62,192 bases of DNA, taken from NCBI GenBank assembly GCA_003614675.1, contig ML002239.1:1-62192 (forward strand). The letters are read 5' to 3'. A program made the position numbers and the translations under genes. The notes under the pieces were generated by a model. The model was not told where the DNA came from. It searched no databases and worked only from the letters and a program-made list of their open reading frames with translations. Below are positions 41,311-55,644 of the stretch, piece after piece; the stretch's first letter is position 1, and each line of letters opens with the position of its first letter. This DNA comes from Dimargaris cristalligena (lineage: Eukaryota).

Positions 41311-44300
41311 ATATGTTTTTTTACCGTGCTATAGTGCATGGCCAACATCAATAGTTTTCAACTGCTGCTTGGCGTCACTGCCCAGCCAACTGTATTTATA
41401 AATTGAATGAAACACTCGTGGTCACACTGTTAGGGAACTGCATTGGCTTGGGTCCCAATTACCCGGCTATTGCATTCTTAAGGAGTTGGCTGCATGGCGG
41501 GCCAAACCCCGAAATCGAACCCAATGTCATTTCCGCCAATCAGCCCACCACAACCCCCCAAATGAGAATTGGCCCGATACTGTGGGCTGAGTCACATTGA
41601 CGAACGATTTGCCTTTTTGAACCCAAGTTGACTAAACAAATTGCCCAATATCTATCGGGTGACGTATGGTGGCAGTATCTACAATGCAGGTGGGGAAGAA
41701 ACACCAGAGGGATTAGTTCCCTACCTAGAATAGCATCGGCTAGGCTTCAATGAACTCAGAATTCTCATCGCACCCGAAATTTCCGTTTTGGGGGTCTGTT
41801 ACCCCTTCCCTTCCCATATTCACTCAGCCATTGCGTTATTCATAATATTTCATACTCGTAGCTATTCGGGAAAAAAATATATTCATTACGTCTCGACTTC
41901 AAGAACCAAATCATGGGGAGGGGGTCTAGGTCAATTGGGAAATAAAAGGACCCAGGCGTTTTCCTCCTATGGTTTCGCGGGAGGCACCACCCCAAGTGAG
42001 ATGTTTCAGCTTTAGTGGGACCCTATCACACGGTTGAATTTGGGTCTCTATTATTTCTCTTTTTTCTTTTATATATATATAAAATAATAATATTTAATTT
42101 AACCATAAACGAAAAGGTCTCGTCAGGCAACGGGCCTATCCGCTATCGGATCGCCCTGGTCAATTCAGCGCATGATTTCACCAATATTAGTACGACGGAG
42201 TGTTGGTGTGCTGACAGCCCTTCCAAAGGCCAGAAAGTCCCGTTCTTTACCACCCGCCAGCCCAAGAAAAGGGGGGCGGGAGGAAGAGGAGGGAGGCATA
42301 CGCTTAATTTCCAATTAACCGATCCAGCAATACACTGGTCGGAGAGCTACCCCCTGAGGCGGTTTCCCTTATATGTAAATCCTCCGATTACGATATTCAT
42401 TGAGTTTTAGGATCCTTAAACCAAAATTATGATATCCCCCTGAGGAGGGGGGGGGGTTTCCAAACAAATCCACGATTTATAGTATTCAAAAGTCACCATG
42501 TAAATGTAAGCCTTCTAATATATATATCAGTATGTCAGCAGTTTAGTATACCGGGTCATGTTATCGATTAACGAATTTGAGAGTAATCGTTGGTAGCCGT
42601 CGGGTTCAAAAGAGCGACTGGTCTGTCTGGGTTTCGCCGAAAAATTAGGTTGCCGCCCTTTCCGTGTTTCTGATTGTTTACTATTTCAATGAACCATGCG
42701 GCCGAGGTGAGTGGGTGGGAGGAGAAGGCATCCTGCTTGGCCTATTAATGCTGCATTGACACGTCGCCATTCTCCATTTGGTTGGTTGGGGGCGGGTGGG
42801 TAGGTAGGTAGGTAGGTAAGTAGGTGGCTGGGTGGGCACAGGCCAGCCGATGGGTCCGACGAAATTGGCACGGTGCATGTTTCGGGTAGCACGTAGAAAA
42901 CCCGTCTGGGTTGGGTTGTCAGGTGGGTGTATGTCTGGGTGAGCAGGATGCTCTACAATTAGACATAACCAGCCACATATTATGAAGCAGTTGATGTGTT
43001 TTGCGGGTAGTCAAAGGAAGAGGGTATAAAGCGGTGACTAATACAGTAAAATTCAATATCCCCTAACATTTATATAATGTCCTTTATGCAATTCCCATCA
43101 CTCGATATTACTTGTCTTCGAAACCGGCACTTACAATACTCACTGGGAATGCTACGCACTGTCCTCCTAGTAAGGTTTGAGCTCCCAGTATATTTTTTTG
43201 TACCACTTGCCCACTTCTTTCCACCAGGTCGTCGGTATCAATTCGGACAGTCCATACAGCCACTTGCCAAATAATCCCTGTACTCCACTCTAGGAGGGGA
43301 AGTGACCATGCTAAAGGGGTCTTATTTTGGTAAACGATGGTTTTACGAAACCGCAGACAGCCGCTCTGTCTAACGAGCCCGTCTCACTCAAATGTTCAAT
43401 TTTTCGATCTCCCAGCGGATACATAGAGGATCAGCGAGACTCGCAAAAAAGGGGGGGGATTTTGATCTCTTTCCCTTTTCCATCTCAAATGACAAAGCTA
43501 CATTGTTTAGGACAGGGCCTGCGATTTTAAGTAGAGAAGTCGGCATCAACGAACTAATCGGGACTGGCTAGATGTTATTGTCCCGGTTGCACCAACAAAT
43601 CCCACTGTTTCAGAAGGCACTACTTATCTAGGGGTTCGTTATCCCGATTTAGCAGTGAACCATAGAGTGCACTACGTAACTCCCTCGTTCCGACTGGTGG
43701 GTAATTTGATAGGGGATTTGCTTGAACCATTGGACGTGTAATGTTTTTGGTGTGGCTATTATCCGCTAGCTTTTACGGAGGCAGTTGGGTTTACTTTATG
43801 AACAGCACGATCGAATGAAAATATTAATGACCGCAGCCATAATGGTGACTGTCTTGCTTAATTACTAAACAGCGCAGCCGAAGCCTCCAAATCCCCAAAT
43901 ACGTAGCCCCCCCTCCTCATCACTTATCTTGAAGCCCGTGAATTTATGGGGCTGCCGAATTCCATCAGGGCAGATTCGCCGGGAGAGAGTATACACCGTG
44001 GAACGTCGTCTAAACAACCGAGCTGCCCGAATAGAACACCAAGGGCAGGACCGTGGAACGCGATTGTCCAATTGCGAATCTTATGACCCGCTTGGGGCAG
44101 GGGCAAAACGCCTACGACATGCAGGTATTCTCTTTCTTTCTTTCTATTCACTTTTTCAGTTGCCAGTCCACGGCAACGGCTCGCGGTATTCTTCCTCAAT
44201 CGAATCACCGGATCCATGAACAGGCCGCCGAATTAAAGATCAGCGAACTGCTGATGTGCCTGTGTATTTTCTCTTGCATAATTCCCGCGCATCCCTTAGG

Positions 44301-47085
44301 CCGCTCATAATGTCGAGCGGATACTACGGGTTAATGTGGCGCTGCTTTCTCGGGGGCGGTAGGTCAGCCTGGATAGTTACCCGCAAAATTTCTCTAGAAC
44401 GTCTCTGAATTTCATACCTACTACTTTACTTAATTACTAAGATATAGGGGATATATATATATATTGTTATTGGCGAAGGCTATCACAATAATAAATACAA
44501 CGATCCTGGTTTCCATGGGAAGTGCTTCCACTAATAAAGCCCTAATCCTCATTTGTAAACCACCAAACAAGGAAATGTGCCCATTAGGAGATGAAGGGGG
44601 GGGCAATGGTACACGGTAGGTGGTGGCCAGTGCGGTCGGCGGTAGTGGAGTCGGGTGAATCGCTCGAGACCCCATGCGACCCGACCCCCCACTCATTAAC
44701 TATAATAGTCCGAGTTTCCCATCGAAGGGGCCCTGGCTATTAGAAAGTCCAAACAAGTATTCCGGATCATAGTCACAAGACGGGAGGTCACGTCCTTGGC
44801 AATGCACCACATAAAAAATAAAGAGAATGAAAGAGTAAGGGAGTGTGAGTTAGACAAGGTAAAAATAAACCAAGAAAAGCGGAAGTACAACGAGATGCTT
44901 CGGATAATGAAGGCGACGTAGTCCTCGGTGGATAGGTAGGTGTATTTTGTTATTGTATATTATTATTATTATTTTGCTTTATTAACTACCTAATGAATGC
45001 ATCAGCGGTCTGACCCAAGATATTTTCATGTTCAGATGGACATATTGGGCTACAGGCAATCTGAATGACTAGTAGTAAACAAGACTTCCCCAAATGGCTA
45101 ACCATCAAACCAGTCTGTTAATTGGTAAGCGTTTAATTATATTCGAAATTATATTGGCAAAAAAATATGGTTCCCAGCCACTTGAAAACAATGGGAGCTC
45201 AATGAAGTGCAGCTGAGAATGTAAACGGGTAAATTTGGGGCTAGGCATAGGATAAGTTCCGAGGAATTCAATTTCCAGGTTGTTCGGATAGGGGAAATGT
45301 CAATAGTCGAAAAGGGGGACATTCCGAGGTAGTTACAAAAACCACACGCACACACACACACACAGGCACGACAAGTAACCTGGTCCGAGGATCCTATAAA
45401 CCTTCAAGGTAAGTAAGTAGATAGGTAGATAGGTAGGGGGGGGGGCTGGTCCACCTTCCAACCCTTCATGATAGAAATTGGGCATGACCTTCGTCCCCAC
45501 CAGGTCCAGAAAACGACGGTTCCTTGGACCAGGTTTCCCCAATGTTGTTCCGGAAATTGCCAAAGTCTGCCGGCCGTCGATCCGACGTCCTTCGGGAAGT
45601 TGGAAGCTAGTTTAATCCAGTTTGATATATACCTCTACATTGCCGTTAGACTCGGCTAACTTCCTATTTGTCACTATTAACTTGGCCCGTGCACCCCCCT
45701 CCCATAGTTCCAATATACCCATCACTATACACATATATGTATGTATATAAAATGAAATTGATAAATGACGCCCAGAAAACTTCCACCACTTCCAAATTCC
45801 CTTATGCATATACGAATCGGATAAAAGACAGGTCGGTCAAGGAAACCATCCTTGGACCGCAATGGGAGAGAGCAAAAGCGAGAGGATAGGTTGGAATATG
45901 CTGTTACCAATTCTTCCGAGTCGAAGAACCCTTGTGTTCGAAAACTGCGTAACCAACAACGGGCAACCCGGTGACCCCTATGGCTGACTGACTGACTTAA
46001 CCTCCCTCTCTCCTCCATTATACCGCTGGTTCACAGGTCGATTGTTTGTATCGCAATCGCACGCCAATAGGAGGTGATGCTGGTGACCTTTATTTTCCTA
46101 CTTATCTAGGGAAATCCAGAGTCTCCAGACCCGATAAGTTTCAGGTTGACGCTATTTCTCCTCCTCCTCTGTTTCTTCCTTTGTATCCACATTCACATTC
46201 TCGTTCCCTTTTCCCGTTCACCATCTGACCATGATTCTATCAGGAGATTAGTTTGCTTTCCTTAGTCCCGAAAACTAATAATAATAATAATAAATGTGAA
46301 ATCACAACAGCTGGTCGTAACCCCCCAGCACTTCACACGGCTGTATGGGTTCCAACCAGGGCGATTTGCCCTCCTCCACACTTCAACAGACTTTGTCATA
46401 TTGGGCTGCTCGTTTTTTCTTTTTTTAAAATAGCTAATCAATATCCGATTTGGTCGGCGAATTCCCTTGGCCCCTGGTCCAAACCAGTTTCCTGAAGTAA
46501 CTCAGTTCCAAGGGATTTTCATCACAATATTCTTCAACAAAAAAACAATATACAATACACAATAAAGGGTGATTTATCAATATAGCTGTGCGGATAAATA
46601 GTACCACCAGTCGATAGGGTTAATAATCTTGGAGAGCAGATTTAAGCAGTGATATAAAAGGATTGGGGTGTGATGTAATATAAATATGACCCGTCTATTG
46701 CAATGTGTATCAGTATGAGGGTGAGTATGCCATAAGCGAAACGTAATAACCATGGCCAATTGGGAGGTGTATATTCCAGCCGTGAGATATGAGGTGGTAG
46801 GGAGGAAGGGGGATGGGGTAGTTGGTCGGGTGGGGTAAGGAGGAATTGGATATGTATGAATTAAAAATAAAGGTGGTAACAGTTAAATACCGTATATTGG
46901 GCATCAGATAGATATGGATGTGTATGTGTATGTGACAATTAGTTGTCAATATTAATATGTATAAACACACTAAGGTTGCTTATAGAAGGAAAATACATTG
47001 GTATCATTTGTGAGGGATATAGCCCTAGTATCAAAATGGAGCGCTGGGATCAAGTAAATTAGAAAATCGAACCCAGCGTTTCACG

Positions 47086-47086
<1 letters not shown>

Positions 47087-47124
<38 letters not shown>
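47087..47124. repeat. (TA)n microsatellite
   Basis: Uninterrupted TA run of ~38 nt downstream of the kinase stop codon. Confidence 0.95.
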
Positions 47125-47127
<3 letters not shown>

Positions 47128-47366
47128 GGAGACATCATTTACCTAGACGAAACTAGGCTTAAAGCACAGTAGGTAATAAGGGCAGGGCGGTATATTTAAC
47201 AGTGAGAATCGAAAAATTGGCGAAAAAAGTAGCCAAATCGAAAAATGGTGCAATATTATTTAGTTTGCACTCTACAACAGTCGGTTGGTTGGGTACGAAG
47301 GATTTGGGGAAGGGAGGCCCCTTGAGTAATATTTCGGAGAAAAATTGTTGCAACAGCGGCTGTCCA

Positions 47367-50312
47367 TTAACTTAGGTAATCCAGGAGACGCTCCACAACC
47401 TGGCTCATGGAGGGGCGCTTGGTGGGCTCATGGGCCCACATGTCCTGTATCAGGTCCAGCAAGGTCTGCGGATAGCGCCGCAGTTTGGCCAGCGATGGGC
47501 GGTAGCCCCGATCCCGAACTTGAATATACAGTTGATGCTCAGTGAAATCGTGGTAGGGGTACGGCTCAGCCCCCCATTGCAGAATCTCCCAATAAATCAG
47601 GCCACAGGCATACACATCGACCTTCTCAGTATAGCTGGGATTAGAGGTCCAAAACTCGGGGGCCTGCCAGTTGGGGGTGCCACACTGGGTGTGGATCATG
47701 GTGTTGGCACGTGGGCGAATACGGGCCAGGCCGAAATCGTTGATCTTGGCCCGATTGTCGCCACTGATAAGAATATTCATCGATTTGAGATCCTAGTAGC
47801 AGTCATGATAAAGTAAATACGGGAATGGTCCGGTTAGTTACACTGCGAGGCTCGAAGCAATGGTACCGATGACGGACAGGTATTAAACGATAAAACGCGG
47901 GAGGGGTTCGGCCCAGGTGCACGAGTCCGCAATTTTAATTTAGATAGGAGTATAAAAAGAGTACGCTTGTTTATCGCTGGGTATGTCTAACCAAACAACC
48001 AACCCTATTTCATTGCATAGTAATATTACATGCAGTAGTTAACTTACCCGATGGATTACACTAGGCCGTCTAGTATGAAGGTAAGCAACACCCAACGCAA
48101 TGTCGTGCATATACATAGTCTAAAGTAGTAATAGTAACAACCGCAGCAAATGTTTTAACAATTTGGCTGAATGTGATTAGAAGCAGCGCCAATTACCTAG
48201 TTATACGACCAGGGGGATATGGGGAGAGAATTGGCGGTAATAAAAACTAACAATTGAATATCAGTATCGAAATCATTATCGTCATGCCGGAAAGGAAACT
48301 TACCATCTGAGCAAATCCAGGCTTACGGGTTCGCCGCATGTAATCGAACAAGTCGCCGTGTTCGCAGAGTTCGGTGATGATACAAAGCCGCCGGGCATTG
48401 GTGGAGACACCAATAAATCGAACAATATTTTCGTGCCGAAGTTGTCTAGTAAAGTTGCCAATATAGTGACCAAATAGATCCCGAATTAGATATTTTGTTT
48501 TATAATAGCACCAGCATAGCAGAGGGCCAGGTGACCTACATTTAGAACATGGTGAAGGTGAACGCGTAATAGGCTACTATACTCGACGCACTTTACAGGA
48601 AGAATAGGACTTACTTTAGGACGCTGATCTCGTGTTTGATTTCGGCAAAATCCTCAGGAGAAAAATCAGTGATACGAAGTTCACCCACTGCGACCGGTTG
48701 CTGTATAATGGTGATGACAAATGCGGATTACAAAGCAGAAGTTGTTAGAAAATACAGAATTGGCGGAATGGGTGCTCTACCCATTGCAAAATCGCGTGAT
48801 ATCGAGGCCTCAGCTAAGTGTTTAAATTCAACGACAGAGCTGCGGCGGCAAATGGTGTTGGATCAAATGCCAAGGCAGAACAGGCAAAACCCACAGTCCG
48901 GATTCTTTTGACGTGTATATTGCGAGTACGTATACTAAATTAAATTGGTGTCGTTTTTTTTAAAAATAAAAAAGGAGTGGTTGTCGGCTCAACTTACCCC
49001 TAGGTACAATCCGGCATAGCAATCCTTGAATCCGCCAGAGCCCAGCTTCTTGCCCATCTCTATGGACTCGAAGGGGATTTCATCAACGACATCAGACAGG
49101 TCGTCAAAATAGTCTGAATTGTGTATGGTAGACTGCCGCACACTCTGGGCCTCCAGTTGGGGTGTCGATGGAGCGGGGATGGGTCGCGCCCCCAGTTTCT
49201 ATTACCATAATAGTGAGTGGGTGAAATGAAATACATACGGGGGGGGATTAGAAATCAGTCCTAAAACAGACGAAGCGAGGGGAAGGGGATATACGAAAGT
49301 CGGTGCTACTTTTTCCTGCAGTGCATCACATGCAGGTTTAAAAAATGGTAGTTAATAGAGGTGTTTAAGCAGTGGCTAGTGTGTTGCAACAGGCCAAGTA
49401 GGATGTTTCAGAAATAAAAAGGGTAATTAATGCATTAGCGACAGCTGTGCAACCGCGAGTCGCAACAGCCAACCCCACTGATACGCCCGAATTTCAAACG
49501 CTATTGAACATAAATGTATAAGTTGATCAGCGCAGGGGCATTGTAACGAGAGGGGGGGCATGTCTAGCTGGCGGTGGGTGGGGGAGGGGCTGGTCGGTTG
49601 CACAATGTGGCTGTAAGCACAGGCGAATATAACTGAAGGGCCAGCTACTGGTCTTCTCTACGGGCATGTGAAATCAAAATATACACTTACCCAATCCATA
49701 AGCGATTGTATGAGCGTTGCTTTCGATTCTCCAATTTTCAGGCCTGTGCATTAGGCAACGAGTAATAGGAGCGACGGTGATACCGCAAGTGAAAGATGGG
49801 ATTAAGACAAGATCCATCGAATAAATAGATAAACGCTATTTAGTACAAAACTGCAAAGGGGTTAAGGGGACCTGGTTTGCCATTAGATGGGCACCAAAGA
49901 CAATTGGACAAGGATATCCATGGGCGAAGGCAGCTCGAGGGAAATTGCCAGTAGGCAGTCGGGTGGTCCGCAACCCCCAACCACGGAAACAGATTTGGTG
50001 GCTTGGGTAGTACGGGAATGGTCGTGGGGCGACGTATGCGTGTGATGGGTCGGGACAGATGAGGATAGTAAGGTCCGGCGGGCTAGTTCAATTCCATGGA
50101 CATGGCCATGTCCAACGCATTCCCTCGATTTCGGTAGTTTTCCACTCATGGGAAACGCTGGTGGATATATATATATATATATAAAAATGGGAAAACCTAC
50201 CTCGGTCTTGGCATAGTACGATGAGGTCGGCCTTAATCATACGGTTAAGGGTAAACCAGTTTTCGTTTTCGAGGAGCTCGTCAACGTGACGGGCAATGGT
50301 TTGAAAAGCCAT
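47367..50312 (-). CDS. SAP-domain + tyrosine-kinase-like (TKL) Ser/Thr kinase with WNK-type lysine placement (363 aa, 7 exons)
   Basis: Exons 50312-50201, 49743-49691, 49198-48998, 48700-48615, 48445-48304, 48119-48048, 47792-47367 (1092 nt in frame). SAP-like LNRMIKADLIVLCQDRGLKIGESKATLIQSLMDW. Kinase motifs LGSGGFKDCY, VAVGEL, HRDLKSMN, NDFGLAR, GTPNWQAPE, KVDVYA. Confidence 0.92.
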
Positions 50313-53235
50313 GGTGTGCGATGCCGGGCAGTGGATGTGGTACTAAGCAGGAGGGCGGGGGGGGGTAAAGAGGGGGGGAGATTCCAATGCCAACAAAGTC
50401 CAGGTGACCGTGGGGGCGGCGGGAAATGAACAGATGGGCGCGAGGTTAAGGCAAGGGGGGAGATTTATACTTGGACAAGTGGAATGGGTTGGGTTTAAAC
50501 TGGGCTATTTCAGGGGGGTTTTCGGGAAGGAGTTGCAAAAAGTACTGACAGGTGGGGCGAACCAATAGTAGCGAGTGAAACTCGAATGTAATAAAGCCAA
50601 TGAAACGGTGGAGGATGAAAAAAGATGGATAAAAATAAATGAACTTGATTAAACGGCAGGTGAGGAGGAGAGTGCGAGTGTATCGAGTAGGATAGAGTGG
50701 AGTGAGGGTGGTGAAGGTGCCCCCACAAGCCCATTGTCGAACAAGTTCCACAAAAGCAGCTAGACAACAGGAAGCAATATACAGTTGGAGGCGGGCCGAA
50801 ACAATTAAACGTTACCAACCTCGACGGCTTAGGACAACTGGTGGCCTTATAGGTAGGTAGGCGCGAGTATCCAAGGATTCTAATAGATGGAATAGACCAC
50901 AGGATTTGACGTGGGAGAACATCGGATGCTGGACGCAGGCTTCATCGTATCGGTGGCGATGGGGAAATACCAGGGCAGGTGGGCCGCCAAAGGTCATGAT
51001 GGACACTGCCCTTATCCAGACGGTGGTTACTTAATAATAGTTGGCAAGGCCAGGAATTCATCTTTGGGGAAGGCTCGACAATCCAATCCTCTCTCCACAT
51101 ATACATACACCTACCGACTGATATATACATATATATACAGAGCCGGCTCAATCTTGGGCACATTGTCAATTGCCGGATTTCCCCCCAATATTACGCAACG
51201 TATATCCCCATTGCTTGCTTAGCTAGGCTTACTATGGAAGAACCGAGTGGAGTATAGCGAGATCGCCGAAATGGGTCCCAGGCGGCAATTGGGGAATGAT
51301 GATACTGGGGTATCGTGTCTGGCGGGGGGTAATTAAACAGTCGCGTGGCCCTTTACTAGGGCCAACAGGACAAAAAAATACGGGCTGGCCAACTTATGGA
51401 CGGACAACTGCATCCAAAGAAACCCAGAGAAATGGGACTGGGACATGATTCGAATTTCCTGGTCACCTTATCTGTTATACGGGTCGAAGCCATGTGTATG
51501 ACCTACTGTCCTAGTTCGGCCGGGCATTTGGGCGGAATAGTGTTCATCACTATTATTCCACTCAATGTATCGCTGCCTCAGTCTAATATTCGTATTTCTA
51601 AGCTGACTCGGAGGATGGGGGGGGGGGTTAGGATGTTGTCCCATAGCAATATATGAAATTGCCGGGCTAGATGACACGGGGGAAAATAATAGAAACGAGA
51701 GTGGTGGCGACCATCAACAAGTTGACCGTGTGACGGGGTCTGCTGCGCCCCCATTAGGTCCATGGGCCCGCCCCAGTGCACGTATACATACGCTTGGCTA
51801 TAAGCACAGCTATATTGGGGGTTGAACAAGGGGATGTCCAACACAATACCGGGTAGTTTCCAGCCATAATTCGGCCAAATCCATCGGCCCCAGTGAAACT
51901 TACCGTGACTGTTGTCGGGTGCATGCACCGGCTTGCTGAGGTACATGCTGCAGGTCTCATCAGCTGTTCCGTAGGCCCAGAGAATGAATCCCAGCATTTT
52001 TCTCCAGTCTCTTCGAGTCGAGCACATTTCTATTCAATTCAGTTGGGCAGTGCCCCCCCGTGTGAAGTGCGGGAATTTATCTAGGTAATGGCGGGTCCCC
52101 AACCTAGTAGGCAATCCCCACGGGCCTTATTGCCCATATTAGAAACACTGACTTACCTACTGAAGTGTGAACACAACAACTGCCCTCTCCAAGATGGCTC
52201 ACAAGCAGTGCTGTGGATTGGGTCCGAACTTGCCACCATTGGCTCATGCCGAGAAATGAACCCCCCCGGCTCTGCATAAAATCGGGCTTCACTTGCATGG
52301 TCTAAATCGTGGGCAGTTATAACAAGAAGGAAGGGGCGGGTCGTTCTGGGTAGGGGCAGTAACTACGGCAAGGGGTGAAGGGTAACTGAGGGACTATGCA
52401 CATTACAGAGGACATACCAATAGGGAAAGAATCTGCCGCTACCGCAGGCTAAAGGGGCTGACTATGAATGAAGTTTAACCCAGCTGTACCATGAACCATT
52501 CGCCCGTAGAACAGGCTTGTTCTAATTAAAAGAATATCGCATATGTTTGTCCAACTGGCATTCCCTACAGCCTACTATTCGGCCGCTATGGACCCTTCCT
52601 ATGCGAAATCTCCCTATTGGCAGGTTTTAAAGGCTCTAGAAGACCCTATCGCATTCTAGGGCTCATCCTATTGACCACCCAATTCGACACTATTACCGAA
52701 CCTACAAATAGTGCAAGGTATAACAACAGAGGGAGGGGGTAGACATGTGCGCGGCTTGTAATTGTCTGTGGCTATTCCAATGTGAAGTTAGGTAGGATCC
52801 GCCTGTTTTGGGTGGCGAGGTCTCTTTCATATCTGCCTTACATGTCGGGTTATTCAGCAGTAGGAGCCCCGGTGTGATCCGCCGGAGGAAACTCACTATC
52901 TGTTATCTGGGAGGCTGAACCCCCCCAACCTTGATCAGTACACTGGTAATCAAGGCAATCAAGCCCTAGACTAAGGTCGTAACCATTTTTTTTTAATTAT
53001 TAGTGGGGCGGCAATGAAAATCCACCAGATCTAAAACCAACTATTCTTCAGCTACATTTACTGTATAGATATGGGTGTGGTTTATAACTTCACGGTATTC
53101 CAGAATCAGGCCAGTGTACTGCTACTACCGACTGCATTGGTGATAACAAGACGTGTCAATTATAAAGGCCGACTGCTGGAGGGGGGGACTTATCGATATA
53201 ACCGGGGCGAGTCCGAAAAAGGCGTAGTGGGGCTG

Positions 53236-55644
53236 TTAGAGCTTACTTTTGAGTGGAATATTAGAATATTGGAAACGTATTCCATGTTCAGGAGGTAGGA
53301 CCGGGTGGTTATTCGGGAGTAAATGCCGGGTCAGATAGTCATTCATAAAAACATTATCAGGATCCATTTGAGCCCGGACTTCCATGAAGTTCGGGAGCAT
53401 TGGGTAAACGCGAGCCAAATCCTCGTAGCCCATGCAGTGGAACTGGTGTCGGAGGGAGGCGGGTTAAACAATAGGTGCGTTAGCAAGAGATGGGTGTGGT
53501 TAATGGATAGGGCAACTTTCTTAATAGATGGAAATAAGCCATGGCATCCTATTGAGCCGGCTCTGGGGTACAGATAGCAAACTAATAAATATAAAACAGG
53601 GTGAAGGGGATGTAGCCGACCATTGCATCACCAGCATATGACCTACTGGCCAATACATAGAGAGGGCCGTTACGGCAGCCCAAACTAAAAGTGCAGTGGG
53701 CGTATCTAAGGCTGACCAGATTGTTCAGGTGACCCAGCAATGTAAATCGAATATATGGGATCATCCATTGTCACAAGGTTTAGTTTGGCCTTTGTTAAAT
53801 CCGCCAGGCATCGTTTGTTACTAGCTAATATATCGATCTTTACCTTGGCCCAGTGTGGTCGACCATCCATGGACTTCATAACTGCTTCAAAGTCCGTCCA
53901 GAATTCGCCGTACGGAACATTGGAATTGAATGGTCTTGGTTTACAAACATAAGGCAGTTGGTAGACAAATAAGTATTATATGGTGAGCACAGTAAGTCCC
54001 GGCACGCAAGTAATATATACACAGAAATAGATAACCCACTGGGTGCCAATAGCTAGTCGATAAGGGGTGTGTCGTATGACATAGTTTTTGGAGCGATATG
54101 CGGAGATAAAGGAGGTACACTTACTTATACATGACGACCCCAATGTAGCAGGTATCCCGCTGATAACACGGGGAGAGCCAAATATCGTCATGCTGGACAA
54201 ACCGAATCTCAATGGGAAAGTGAATAGGATATTTGGCCTTGGCCAGAACCTGGTTCAACTGTTTAATGGCTTCACTGGCCCGTCCAGTAGGGATGGCCCA
54301 CTCATTGGTGTACTGCCGGAACATGCAATCAAAGTTGAAGACTTTATAGCTATCGTCGATTCGGTGGATTTCTCTTGCATAATCGCGCTTCCAAAGCTGT
54401 TTCTCCACCTCGGGCAATATACCCGGCATATACCGACCGACGTACAGCTCCATTTCGTAGCGCAGCCGATTCTTGCGCTGGGTGATCCGCCAGGTGCTAT
54501 CCGGCTCTGACTTGACCTAAATAAATGAAATATTATAGGGCAGCGTTCCAAAATGTTAAGTTAATATAGTGGATACCCCTGCTATGATTCCCAATCCATT
54601 AGGAAGAACGGGTCACTGGGTTGGAACATATAGGCGGGACTTGAGGAATTTACCTTAGTAGTGCGATTCAGAAGAGAGATGGCGACGTTGTTGTTATAAG
54701 GAAACCACAGGAATTTAGTGTGCTGGGCTGTCTGCGAAAGGGAGACCAATTCATCCAACATGGTGGCAAAAGGAATGGGTCGCTGAATGCTCTCGAGCCG
54801 GAACGCTCGTTCGCACTGGAGAGTGACTTTGGTCACGATGCCCAGGGCCCCGATATGGCAACGAGCGGCCGAGAATATATCGGTGTGATCCATGGCGGAA
54901 CAATCAATGATTTCACCGGTTCCGGATATGAGGCGTAGACCTAGAACCAGGGTGGATAGATTACCAAAACCGGCCCCCGAGCCGTGAGTGGCAGTTCCAA
55001 TAGCACCAGCGACACTCTGGTCACTGATGGCCCCCAGCACACTGAGGGCTAGATTGTGTTTCTGTAAGAGAGGGTGGAGCTCGAATAAACGCATGCCACC
55101 TTCGACAGTAACCACCATGCGGGTCTCGTCAACCTATTCAGGGGAAAAGCAATGATTGAAGTTGAGCCCAGTCCAATAGGCGAGTTTTAGTCAATGTATG
55201 CGAATCAAACAAGGGTCGGAAAGTGCCCCCTCCGGCCACCGTAGCCCCAAACGAGAAGCTTAGGTACTAATGTATGTTACGGATGGTCGCTGATCCCCGA
55301 CATTCATTATTCAGCCGGGTGTAGGCCCAAATAATTTACCCGACCTGATTATCAGCCGATTTGGCCGTGGGAACAAAAAGACCGGGACCAGGCAGTATGA
55401 ACCCGCAACTTACTTCCAGCAAACGGTTCATACGGTCCAGGTTGAGCATATAGCCGTCCGTGCACGGCAAATCGGACGGGGAATGACCCGCCCCGAAGAC
55501 CTTGACCGTTTTACGGTGTTCACGGGCGCGCTGAACGATGGCCACGATTTCCTTCTCATTTTGGGGCTCAAAGTAGAGCTCCGGGGAGCAGCTGAACGTT
55601 TGGGCCCAGTTACGGTAGGTGAAGGTCTTGTTGGGACGAACCAT
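53236..55644 (-). CDS. ALO1: D-arabinono-1,4-lactone oxidase / L-gulonolactone oxidase (466 aa, 5 exons)
   Basis: Exons 55644-55414, 55133-54654, 54516-54125, 53934-53844, 53442-53236. Motifs NWAQTF, FAD-linking GAGHSPSD, GTATHGSG, HFPIEIRF, GRPHWAK. Confidence 0.95.

Noticed and set aside
44400-46000. Candidate exons with splice-like signals on both strands
   Set aside because: No consistent start-to-stop model or domain could be built; RNA-seq is needed.
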